From: Candidatus Woesearchaeota archaeon
GTDB lineage: Archaea; Nanobdellota; Nanobdellia; Woesearchaeales; JACPBV01
NCBI GenBank assembly: GCA_016180135.1
Contig: JACPBV010000004.1
Span: 26,868-90,867 of the forward strand
DNA: 64,000 bases
Direction: 5' to 3'
In this document: piece by piece, positions 7,971 to 15,937 of the stretch
Layout: every line of letters starts with the position of its first letter
Numbering within the stretch: the stretch's first letter is position 1
Translations under genes and position numbers: made by a program
The notes under the pieces: model-generated
Told to the model about the DNA's origin: nothing
Seen by the model: the letters and a program-made list of their open reading frames with translations, nothing else
The model's database searches: none

Positions 7971-9884
7971 ATGTGCGGCATAGCTGGAATTTACAGCCTC
8001 AGCGGAAAGGAGGCACCCTCAGCAAGAGTCATCACAGAGATGGCAGACTCCATGGCTCATCGTGGCCCTGAAGATTCGGGGATCTATCTCGGCAAAGGGA
8101 TAGCATTTGGCCACAGGAGGCTTCGCATCCTTGATTTGTCAGAGAAAGGAAAGCAGCCGATGATGGACAGGGAAAAGGAGATAGTGATAACCTTCAACGG
8201 CGAAATTTACAATTTCCGGGATATCAGGGATGAGCTTATCAGCCTGGGATATTCTTTCTCTTCAGCGTCTGACACTGAAGTGATCCTCAGCGCTTACCGG
8301 CAGTGGGGGATTGAATGCATCCAAAGGTTCAACGGCATGTTTGCCTTTGGACTTTACGACGGGAGGAAGCAGAAGCTTTTTCTTGTGAGGGACAGGCTTG
8401 GGAAAAAGCCGCTTTACTATTCCATTGTGGATGGCGCTCTTATATTCGCTTCCGAAATTAAGGCGATTTTGAGATATCCTCATTTTGTTGCTGAGCCAAA
8501 TTGGAAAGCTATCTCTTCATATCTTTCTTTTAGGTATGTCCTCGGGAAAGATTCTTTCTTTAGCCGCATAGTAAAAGTCCTTCCCGGCCATTATCTTGAG
8601 ATCTCCGGCGGTAAGATTGATGAAAAAGAATATTGGGATATTCCGCTGGTTGCGAAAAAGGGTGATAGGGGCATAGCCTATTACAAAGCATCAATTAGAG
8701 AAAAATTAACCAGGGCAGTGAAGCTGAGGATGGTCAGTGATGTCCCTCTGGGGGCTTACCTGAGCGGCGGCCTTGATTCCAGCATAATTGTTGCCCTGAT
8801 GGCGCAGCTTACAGGAAAAGTGAGGACGTATTCTGTCGCATTTGACGTTGAGGGATATGATGAGCTGCAGTATGCTAAGCTCGTCGCAGAAAAGTTTAGC
8901 ACGGAGCACACGGAAATCAGGCTGAAGGCAGGAGACTATATGGGGGCGATGAAAGAGCTTATCAGATTCAAAGATGAGCCTCTTGCGGTCCCGAATGAAG
9001 TTCCCATCTACCTCATGTCAAAAGTGCTGAAAAAAGACATCACTGTTGTCCTCTCAGGGGAAGGCTCTGACGAGCTTTTCTATGGGTATGGGAGGCTTTT
9101 CAGGAGCCCCTTTGACTATGCCCGGCTGAAGATGCTTCCTGCAGGCCTGAGGAATTTATTTCTGAAATCTCTCGGAAAGAAATATGGCAGTAAATCATTC
9201 TCTTCTGAGATGGAGCATTTCCTTCACCTCTACAGCTATTTCCCGAATGGGGAGAAAAACAGCCTGTTCAATCCTTTTATGAAGTCGCTGTGCCGTGACG
9301 ATGAGGGCCTTCATGCGCTTTTCCGGAAATATTTTGACAGGGCGGAAAATCTAAATTATTATGACAAGATCAGCTATGTGTTTGAGAAGATCCACCTCGT
9401 CGGCCTTCTCGGAAGGCTGGATAATGCGACGATGGCTGCCGCTGTGGAGGCAAGGGCACCCTTTGTTGACCATGAGCTTGTCGAGTTTATGTTTAATGTC
9501 CCAAAAAAATACAAGCTGCACTGGAAGTCTGCTTTTTCTTTCTTCAGAGGTTTGCTCAAAAATTCTGACGAGATCAGCGAAAACCTGGATATCACCAAAT
9601 GGATATTAAGGGAAGCATTTAAGGATGATGTCCCCGAAAAGATTATCAGCAGGAAAAAACAGGGATTTCCTGTCCCGCTTGACGCATGGTTCAAGGGAAA
9701 ATTCATCAGCGACGCAAAGAAGTATCTTCTTGGCCCCGAAGCAAGGATAAGAAAGATTATTGACCAGCAGAATCTTGAATCATGGATAAACAGAAACCTT
9801 AATAACAGCGCAGGCACCTCCTTCGGTCAGAAAGTGTGGATGCTGCTGAATGTCGAAATATGGTTAAGGGAGTATTTTGGATGA
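7971..9884 (+). CDS. asnB: asparagine synthase (glutamine-hydrolysing) family amidotransferase
   Basis: The N-terminal MCGIAGIY has the catalytic Cys2. The PP-loop SGGLDSS is present. Length (637 aa) and C-terminal region are typical of AsnB. Confidence 0.9.
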   Translation: MCGIAGIYSLSGKEAPSARVITEMADSMAHRGPEDSGIYLGKGIAFGHRRLRILDLSEKGKQPMMDREKEIVITFNGEIYNFRDIRDELISLGYSFSSASDTEVILSAYRQWGIECIQRFNGMFAFGLYDGRKQKLFLVRDRLGKKPLYYSIVDGALIFASEIKAILRYPHFVAEPNWKAISSYLSFRYVLGKDSFFSRIVKVLPGHYLEISGGKIDEKEYWDIPLVAKKGDRGIAYYKASIREKLTRAVKLRMVSDVPLGAYLSGGLDSSIIVALMAQLTGKVRTYSVAFDVEGYDELQYAKLVAEKFSTEHTEIRLKAGDYMGAMKELIRFKDEPLAVPNEVPIYLMSKVLKKDITVVLSGEGSDELFYGYGRLFRSPFDYARLKMLPAGLRNLFLKSLGKKYGSKSFSSEMEHFLHLYSYFPNGEKNSLFNPFMKSLCRDDEGLHALFRKYFDRAENLNYYDKISYVFEKIHLVGLLGRLDNATMAAAVEARAPFVDHELVEFMFNVPKKYKLHWKSAFSFFRGLLKNSDEISENLDITKWILREAFKDDVPEKIISRKKQGFPVPLDAWFKGKFISDAKKYLLGPEARIRKIIDQQNLESWINRNLNNSAGTSFGQKVWMLLNVEIWLREYFG

Positions 9885-10020
9885 GATGCCCGGGGAGCAC
9901 AGCCGCCCCCTCACATCAAAAAACCAATCAACCATCACCACCACCATCACCCCCTCAACCAATACCCCCTCACCCATTAATCAATCAATTAACCAACAAA
10001 TCTAAAACGCCTCTGAAAAA

Positions 10021-10758
10021 ATGAAAGCGATACTCTTATCGGCAGGAAAGGGAACAAGGATGTTGCCTTTGACGAAAAATACCCCCAAATGCCTTTTGCA
10101 TGTCGGCAATGGGTTGACGGTGCTGGAAACTCAGCTGGAGACTCTGAAAAAAGCCTCAATAAAAGATATTTGTATTGTTACTGGCTATTTATCTGATCAG
10201 GTTGAGGCAAAAGTCAGGCCTTATGAAAAGGACCTGAATATCAGGATAATCTATAACCCGTTCTATGATATCTCCAACAACCTGGTCTCCCTGTGGACAG
10301 CCAGCAGCCAGATGGACGGCGATTTTATGATCATCAACGGCGATGACCTCTTTCAGAAGTCAGTCATTGAAAAGCTTCTTGCTGTAAAGAGCAGTAGGTG
10401 CATGGTCATCGACCAGGAGCCTCCCTATCGGGAGGGAGATATGAAAGTCGAGATAGCCGGCGGCAGGATTGTCCGTGTCAGCAAGCAGATTCCCTCAGAA
10501 AAAGCAGCAGGAGAATCTATCGGCATGATGAAATTCACCAACGGCTCAAACAAACTCATCCAGGCAGTGCTGGACAAGATGGTCAGGAAAAAAGAAAATC
10601 TCCAGTCATTTTACCTGGAAGCCGTCAACGAGCTGATCAAGGAAGGCCATACTTTAGATTTTATCGCTATCCCGGCAAAAGACTGGGCAGAGATTGATTT
10701 CCATCCGGATTATGAGTTAGTGATGAAGAATATCGATGGGTTCCATAGGGGGATGTGA
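10021..10758 (+). CDS. sugar/alcohol-phosphate nucleotidyltransferase (LicC / IPCT-like NTP-transferase family)
   Basis: MKAILLSAGKGTRMLPLTKNTPKCLL is the G-rich NTP-transferase signature. The C-terminal WAEIDFHPDY resembles cytidylyltransferases of the LicC/IPCT type. Confidence 0.8.
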   Translation: MKAILLSAGKGTRMLPLTKNTPKCLLHVGNGLTVLETQLETLKKASIKDICIVTGYLSDQVEAKVRPYEKDLNIRIIYNPFYDISNNLVSLWTASSQMDGDFMIINGDDLFQKSVIEKLLAVKSSRCMVIDQEPPYREGDMKVEIAGGRIVRVSKQIPSEKAAGESIGMMKFTNGSNKLIQAVLDKMVRKKENLQSFYLEAVNELIKEGHTLDFIAIPAKDWAEIDFHPDYELVMKNIDGFHRGM

Positions 10759-10794
10759 AAACTTTTTTCTAATAAAACCTTACTCTCCAAATAT

Positions 10795-10828
10795 TATTTC
10801 CACGCCTTTATCATCCAGCTCCCGCCCC
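10795..10828. repeat. 34-bp perfect direct repeat, copy 1 (flanks the PIN/AbrB cassette)
   Basis: tatttccacgcctttatcatccagctcccgcccc is identical to 11553-11586. Confidence 0.9.
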
Positions 10829-11242
10829 TTTATCGTGCTCAATTCTTGAAAGAAATTCCGCAGGCGTCAGGATAGAAACTCCCTGGTATTGTTTTAGTTT
10901 GAGAAGGTGCCTGTCTCCAGTCACAATGAACTCTGCCTTTGCGGCAATTGCGCAGGACAGCACCTTGTCATCCTTAGGGTCTTCTTGGACAGCAATAACT
11001 TGGATGGTAGGTTCGATTATTGTTGAAATTGTTTTGAAAAGGCTTATCTGACGTTGGATAAACTCTTCAGGCACATCAAAGTCCCTTTTTTGGCTTTCTT
11101 CCATCTCCAAAAGCATCTCTGGTGAGGTAAAGCTGCTGATCTGCTGCTGGAGCGCAAGCCGGACAATGGCGTGGGGTTTTCCTAGCTCCCAAAAAATTGA
11201 AGAGATCAGGATATTGGTATCCAGCACAACCCTTTCAGGCAT
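10811..11242 (-). CDS. PIN-domain toxin (VapC-like)
   Basis: VVLDTNILISS (N-terminal acidic Asp) ... FIVTGDRHLLKL... matches the PIN_3-type pattern. It lies immediately downstream of an AbrB-type antitoxin. Confidence 0.8.
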   Translation of the reverse strand: MPERVVLDTNILISSIFWELGKPHAIVRLALQQQISSFTSPEMLLEMEESQKRDFDVPEEFIQRQISLFKTISTIIEPTIQVIAVQEDPKDDKVLSCAIAAKAEFIVTGDRHLLKLKQYQGVSILTPAEFLSRIEHDKGAGAG

Positions 11243-11243
11243 C

Positions 11244-11504
11244 CTAAGCCCCTCTGCCCCGATGGATTTTTTTGACTACTGCTTCTTCATCTTTGATTCC
11301 CTTTTGCTGTGCAAATTTTTGCCCCCAGCGGGTAAGCTCTTGAAATTCCTTCTCAAGTTCAGTCATATTCATCTTTTTTATCACCACTGCATCACGTATT
11401 GTGCTGATGGCAACAGCAGTTCCTGGCATCAGGTCTAGCTCATTGCGGATTTCTAGGGGTATTACTACCTGCCCTTTAGTTGAAATCTTTGAAATTTCAG
11501 TCAT
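11244..11504 (-). CDS. AbrB/MazE/SpoVT-family antitoxin
   Basis: ISTKGQVVIPLEIRNELDLMPGTAVAIS is the swapped-hairpin AbrB motif. The start is moved to Met29 (11504) to avoid running into the upstream methyltransferase gene. Confidence 0.75.
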   Translation of the reverse strand: MTEISKISTKGQVVIPLEIRNELDLMPGTAVAISTIRDAVVIKKMNMTELEKEFQELTRWGQKFAQQKGIKDEEAVVKKIHRGRGA

Positions 11505-11551
11505 GGTAGTCCTCAAGTTGGAAAGTAATACTTTCTTACTTAAAAAACTTC

Positions 11552-12337
11552 CTATTTCCACGCCTTTATCATCCAGCTCCCGCCCCATATTTTCTCAAGC
11601 TGCCGCACAAGCCATTTATTGGGAAATTTGTCCCCGAGGGAATTGATCAGTGGCCTCCGCCAGACTTTAACTCTGCTGAACTGGGTGAACAGCCTTTTGA
11701 TTCCGGCTTTGGTATACACCCTTACCAAGGGCACATTCCCTTCAACTTCATAATGCTTATGGACGATTTCGCTCCAGCTGAGCCTGAAAAATTCCCCGCG
11801 CAATATCCCGTGCCACAGCGGAAAAAATAAGTAATACATCCACCCCCGTGCATAAAGCATGATGACTGCGCTCTTCCCCGGCTTTAAAGCGCGGTGAACT
11901 TCATTGATCGCTTTTCGTGTGTCCGGCGTATGGTGCAGAACTCCAAAGCTGTAGGCAAAATCAAAGGTATTGTCAGGAAACTCAAGATGCTCTGCATCCA
12001 TCCTTTTGAAATGCCCCCTCAACCCGTAGAGCTTGAATCTTTTTGCAGTAGTCTCGATGGCATTCTGGGTCAGATCGACCCCGTAAACTGCCGCGCCATG
12101 CTTCGCAAACATCAGGCTGTCGGTCCCGATGCCGCAGCCGACCTCCAGGATCTTCTCCCCGGCATGCCTGTTGAATTCTGCATCGCTGAGCAGGAAAGGA
12201 TATTGGGTGGTGAACCTCACCCGCTCCACCTCGTCATAGTATTCTTTGGTGCCGGCTTCCTTTTGAGAATACCACCGCTGGGGCAGTTTCCCTTCCCAGT
12301 ATCCCCTGATATTTTCCTTGTCTTTTACCGGCTTCAT
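11552..12337 (-). CDS. class I SAM-dependent methyltransferase
   Basis: ILEVGCGIGTDSLMFAKHGAAVYGVDL (motif I) and FDFAYSFGVLHHTPD are present. Confidence 0.8.
   Translation of the reverse strand: MKPVKDKENIRGYWEGKLPQRWYSQKEAGTKEYYDEVERVRFTTQYPFLLSDAEFNRHAGEKILEVGCGIGTDSLMFAKHGAAVYGVDLTQNAIETTAKRFKLYGLRGHFKRMDAEHLEFPDNTFDFAYSFGVLHHTPDTRKAINEVHRALKPGKSAVIMLYARGWMYYLFFPLWHGILRGEFFRLSWSEIVHKHYEVEGNVPLVRVYTKAGIKRLFTQFSRVKVWRRPLINSLGDKFPNKWLVRQLEKIWGGSWMIKAWK
11553..11586. repeat. 34-bp perfect direct repeat, copy 2 (covers the last codons and stop of the methyltransferase gene)
   Basis: Identical to 10795-10828. On the minus strand it encodes ...GGSWMIKAWK-stop. Confidence 0.9.
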
Positions 12338-13473
12338 TCCTTTAAAACCTCATCGTAAAGCTCTGAAAACTTCTTCTCCTGAATAGGGTAGTCCCATGAA
12401 TGCATGAGCTCCTGAAGCTCTCTCCCATAGCGCATCCGGAGATTTTTATCAGCATAATAAATTTCAAGATTGGATGCCAGCTTTTCAGCATCTCTCGGAA
12501 GATGATACAGCGCAAGCCCTTTAAAAACTGTCGTAAATGCGCCGATGTCAGAAAGGCAGAGCGCAATCCCGGAAGCAGCTGCTTCATACACCGCAATTCC
12601 CTGGGCTTCGGGGTCTGAGGAATTGACAAAGACATCGGAAAGATGATGAACTTCCCTGACTTCTTCTGTTGTGAGCGAGCCTGCCAAGGTTACACTATCC
12701 TGCAGCCCCAGGCTGTCAATCGCTTCTCTCACGGATCTCGGCCCCGGCTGCGTTTTCTGCTCTCTGAACATCTCGCTCTGGAGCATATCCTTCCCTGCCA
12801 GTATCAGGTGTGATTTCGGGTATTGGAAATGGAATTTTTTGAAAGCCTCCAGGATGATATCAATATTCTTGAACTTCCTGAAATTTGCGACTGTGCATGC
12901 GATGAAATCCCCTTCATGAAAACCGTATTTTGCTGCCAGGGATTTTTTATCGGTGGATATCTTCCGGGAGAAGTAAGCATAGTCAATTGCGCATGGCAGC
13001 AGCGCAACCTTCCTTGGGTCAAACCCTTCTTTAAGGTAGATCTCCATTTCATAGGGAGTCTGCGCAATAACTCTGTCATATCGCTTCATGCAGAGCTTTG
13101 AGATCCATGCGATGAGACTGTTGGAGCCGAGGATATAGGTTGAAGGTGTGATGATCCTTTTCTTGTTGAACAGAAATCCTGCAAGAAGTGAAGGGAGAAA
13201 AGGCCGTAAAAAAGAATGTATCATCTTGACATCCTTGTCCCAGAAAAGATTCCAGAGCATCGAAAGCGTGCTGGTATATCTTCTGACTTTGAACCCATGC
13301 ACTTCCTGTTCCGCAGGCAGCCCCTTTTCCGTAAGTGTTGCGATCTCGGCGTCAAAGCCCTTCTGCTGCATGATCACCAGCTTTCTCTCGATATAGTTCT
13401 CAGTAGGCAGGATTTGGTCAGTGCATGCGCCGGGATAGGCGCTTACAATCTTGATAAATTTCGGCTTCCCCAT
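12334..13473 (-). CDS. glycosyltransferase family 4
   Basis: The C-terminal domain reads LILAGKD...VTLAGSLTTEEVREVHHLSDVFVNSSDPEAQGIAVYEAAASGIAL. A 4-nt overlap links it to the downstream methyltransferase gene. Confidence 0.8.
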   Translation of the reverse strand: MGKPKFIKIVSAYPGACTDQILPTENYIERKLVIMQQKGFDAEIATLTEKGLPAEQEVHGFKVRRYTSTLSMLWNLFWDKDVKMIHSFLRPFLPSLLAGFLFNKKRIITPSTYILGSNSLIAWISKLCMKRYDRVIAQTPYEMEIYLKEGFDPRKVALLPCAIDYAYFSRKISTDKKSLAAKYGFHEGDFIACTVANFRKFKNIDIILEAFKKFHFQYPKSHLILAGKDMLQSEMFREQKTQPGPRSVREAIDSLGLQDSVTLAGSLTTEEVREVHHLSDVFVNSSDPEAQGIAVYEAAASGIALCLSDIGAFTTVFKGLALYHLPRDAEKLASNLEIYYADKNLRMRYGRELQELMHSWDYPIQEKKFSELYDEVLKE

Positions 13474-13501
13474 AGTTTCCTCTCGGAAAAATCCCTCTGC
13501 G

Positions 13502-13509
13502 TTTATAAA
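13502..13509 (-). promoter_or_regulatory. TATA-like box (tttataaa) 29-36 nt upstream of the GT4 ATG at 13473
   Basis: Read on the minus strand. Spacing is typical for an archaeal promoter. Confidence 0.4.
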
Positions 13510-13619
13510 TTATGCAGAAAAAACCGGCCAAATAGGCACTGCTTGCGGGGTAACCGGGACGTTGCATAACTTATTTTTACTCATAGCGCAGGTTTACTGT
13601 CCCGCACCCAAAAAACCCG

Positions 13620-14687
13620 CTAAGACATCGAATACATTGCAGCCTTTGCAAGCTGCGCAGGAGTTGAATAGATCGTGTTTAACGCCTCGCAGTCAGTCCA
13701 GCAGGAGCATTTCTCATTGGCGATGAACACTCTTGCGCTTTTCGCTTCCTCGGAATTCAGCACTTCAGCAAAAGTTTTGTCCTTGACATTCCCCAGCTTC
13801 TTGCTCAGCATGATGCAGGGGTAGATGTTCCCGTAGGGGTCGAGGAAATAGCTGTTGAATCCTGAATAGCATGGCAGCGGCTGTTTTTCAGGATGATCAA
13901 GATACCTGTCCCGGTAATACCTGTAAAAAAGGTTCATCGGCTGCTCCCGGATCAAAGTGGAAAATATATCCTTGACTTTAGGCATATCTTTCTCATCGAC
14001 AAACAGCTTGGTGGAGATGGTCTTATAGTAGATTGCAGAGCTTTGCGCCAGCCTGGTTGAAAAAACCACCCCAAGCTCACGGGCAAGCTTATGGACGTTG
14101 AGCACCTCATTGATGTTGTCCTTGCTGATCGTGTTGCTGATCCCGATGGTCAGCCTTTTGTCCTGCTTCTGAAGCTCCTGCAATGCCTTAATAGTCTTGA
14201 TGGCCTGCTGGAACGAGTCCTTGATGCCCCGCATAGTGTTGTGAACTTCCTCAAGCCCGTCGATGGAGATGCTCGCCCCAAGCTCATCAAAATGGTCCAT
14301 CGCAAGCATCTGTTTGTAAGCCTCGATGATTCTCCCCGTCAGCTGCCCATTGGTGGAGATAGTGATCCTTTTTGCCTTTACCGCCTTCACGATCTCGACG
14401 ATATCCTTCCGGAGAAACGGCTCCCCGCCGGTGATTCCCAGCGTGAGCAAATCAGGGATCTGCCCAAAAAAATGCTGTATCTGCTCCAGGCTCATTTCCT
14501 GCCGCAGAAGCGGCCTGTCTCTTTCCTCGAGATAAGTCTTCCAGATGTTGCAGAATTGGCACCTGAACCCGCAGTCATAGGTTATCGCAAAATTCATATT
14601 CCTCACCTGCAGGGGCAGGCCTAATGTCTTTCTGGCATAATGCCCTACCGATTGTGAAATCAGTTGGAGTTTGTTCATGTGCTTCAC
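13620..14687 (-). CDS. radical SAM enzyme with C-terminal SPASM/twitch-like Cys cluster
   Basis: CGFRCQFCNIW gives the CxxxCxxC motif, followed by GGEPFL. The C-terminal Cys set is PCYSG...YPCIM...KCSCWTDC. Confidence 0.85.
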   Translation of the reverse strand: MKHMNKLQLISQSVGHYARKTLGLPLQVRNMNFAITYDCGFRCQFCNIWKTYLEERDRPLLRQEMSLEQIQHFFGQIPDLLTLGITGGEPFLRKDIVEIVKAVKAKRITISTNGQLTGRIIEAYKQMLAMDHFDELGASISIDGLEEVHNTMRGIKDSFQQAIKTIKALQELQKQDKRLTIGISNTISKDNINEVLNVHKLARELGVVFSTRLAQSSAIYYKTISTKLFVDEKDMPKVKDIFSTLIREQPMNLFYRYYRDRYLDHPEKQPLPCYSGFNSYFLDPYGNIYPCIMLSKKLGNVKDKTFAEVLNSEEAKSARVFIANEKCSCWTDCEALNTIYSTPAQLAKAAMYSMS

Positions 14688-14961
14688 AAGCTTAAAAGAT
14701 ATCCAGCCATATAAATCTTCCTAAAACTTGACTATCGTTAACTAATTCCCGATATGGCCTCTTGAGATGGCTCCGGCCATTTTAGGGGATAGGGGGCGGT
14801 GAAGGTTGGTGTGATGGAAAATTTGAAAAATGGAATTGCTGCCAAGTCCCGGCCAATCTCAAAATCAATAAATTCTTCCCTCATTACACTCAATGTCATC
14901 AATCCTGATCCACAATCAATTCATCCCAAAATCAAAAAATTCTTCCCCCCTTCCCATTCTT

Positions 14962-15657
14962 CTAATCAATTCCCCGGGCATGCTTATATCCATAATAAGC
15001 GATATATCCTACCCAGACAAGGTTGAAGTAAACGGCATAAAACGCAAGGAAGATGTCAAGCCTCTGGGCAGCAGCTGAAATGCTCAGGATATGCAGCTGG
15101 ATGTCATAATCAAGAAAAAAGAGAAACATCCACACCAGCGGGTTTTTCTTAAGGTTGTCTTTCACCATATCTGTCTCGCTGTGCCCGGGATAATAGATAT
15201 CTGACGTCAGAGAGAGAAAGTGGTAGAGGTATTTCCCAAAGATATAGCTCAGCGTAAGATACAGTATTGCAGGATTCCCCGAAGTCTGAAAAAGCGAAAC
15301 CCCTATGGCGATGGCCCAGATATTGACAACAATCCTGTCTCCTGCCCGGTCAATCCATCCGCCAAAGTTTGACTTCATGCTTGTCAGCTTCGACAGCATC
15401 CCATCGGCCACATCAAGCGCATGGAACCATTGCACAAGGATGGCAAAAATGATAAGGGCAGCAGGCGTATGGGCACTGAGTAATATCCAGCCGGCAGCTG
15501 CGCTGGAGATGATATTGAACAGAGTGACCATATTAGGAGTGATTGGCGTCTTTGCAAGAATCCCTGCAAGAAACTCCCCGAATGGCTCGACGTAATATCG
15601 TGCCAGCGGATTCCACACAACCCTCCTGCCGCCGATGACTTTATCCATAGCCCCCAA
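14962..15657 (-). CDS. CDP-alcohol phosphatidyltransferase family membrane protein
   Basis: DVADGMLSKLTSMKSNFGGWIDRAGDRI fits D-x2-D-G-x(n)-G-x3-D-x3-D, with Ser-Lys in place of the usual Ala-Arg. About 6 TM segments. Confidence 0.7.
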   Translation of the reverse strand: MGAMDKVIGGRRVVWNPLARYYVEPFGEFLAGILAKTPITPNMVTLFNIISSAAAGWILLSAHTPAALIIFAILVQWFHALDVADGMLSKLTSMKSNFGGWIDRAGDRIVVNIWAIAIGVSLFQTSGNPAILYLTLSYIFGKYLYHFLSLTSDIYYPGHSETDMVKDNLKKNPLVWMFLFFLDYDIQLHILSISAAAQRLDIFLAFYAVYFNLVWVGYIAYYGYKHARGID

Positions 15658-15690
15658 GATTTAGGGGCGGTTTAAAAGCTTTATCCTCTG

Positions 15691-15864
15691 GTATGTATTA
15701 AGCTCCGGCAAGAGCGGCTCTGCCATCCTAAGGTCAAAACTCAACTATCAAACTAAATCGCGCTCGTCGTGGGGGGATGCCCCCTCGGGGACACAGAGCC
15801 CTTGCCAAATCAATTGGGAGTTTTGAAGAGGGCAGAGCCGCTCCAAGGGGAGCTTAATACATAC
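15691..15864. mobile_element. family-B long-hairpin MITE-like element, copy B1 (174 nt)
   Basis: The 16-bp terminal inverted repeat is gtatgtattaagctcc / ggagcttaatacatac. Inner perfect stems are gagcggctctgcc/ggcagagccgctc (13 bp) and tcaaaactc/gagttttga (9 bp). The GC-rich core is ggggggatgccccctcggggacacagagcc. The flanking 8-mers match only imperfectly (atcctctg vs cttctgca). Confidence 0.7.
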
Positions 15865-15937
15865 CTTCTGCAGGCCTCCCCGAATTAAGTTCAGATATAC
15901 AATAAACCCGCCTCAAATCTCTATCTCACCCAAACGC

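Noticed and set aside
14091-14624. 177-aa plus-strand ORF
   Set aside because: It is antisense to the radical SAM gene, which has unambiguous CxxxCxxC and SPASM motifs. The ORF has no recognisable features. The same reasoning rejects 22791-23477, 18458-19060, 24061-24534, 40239-40871, 53394-54093, 16842-17312 and similar shadow ORFs.
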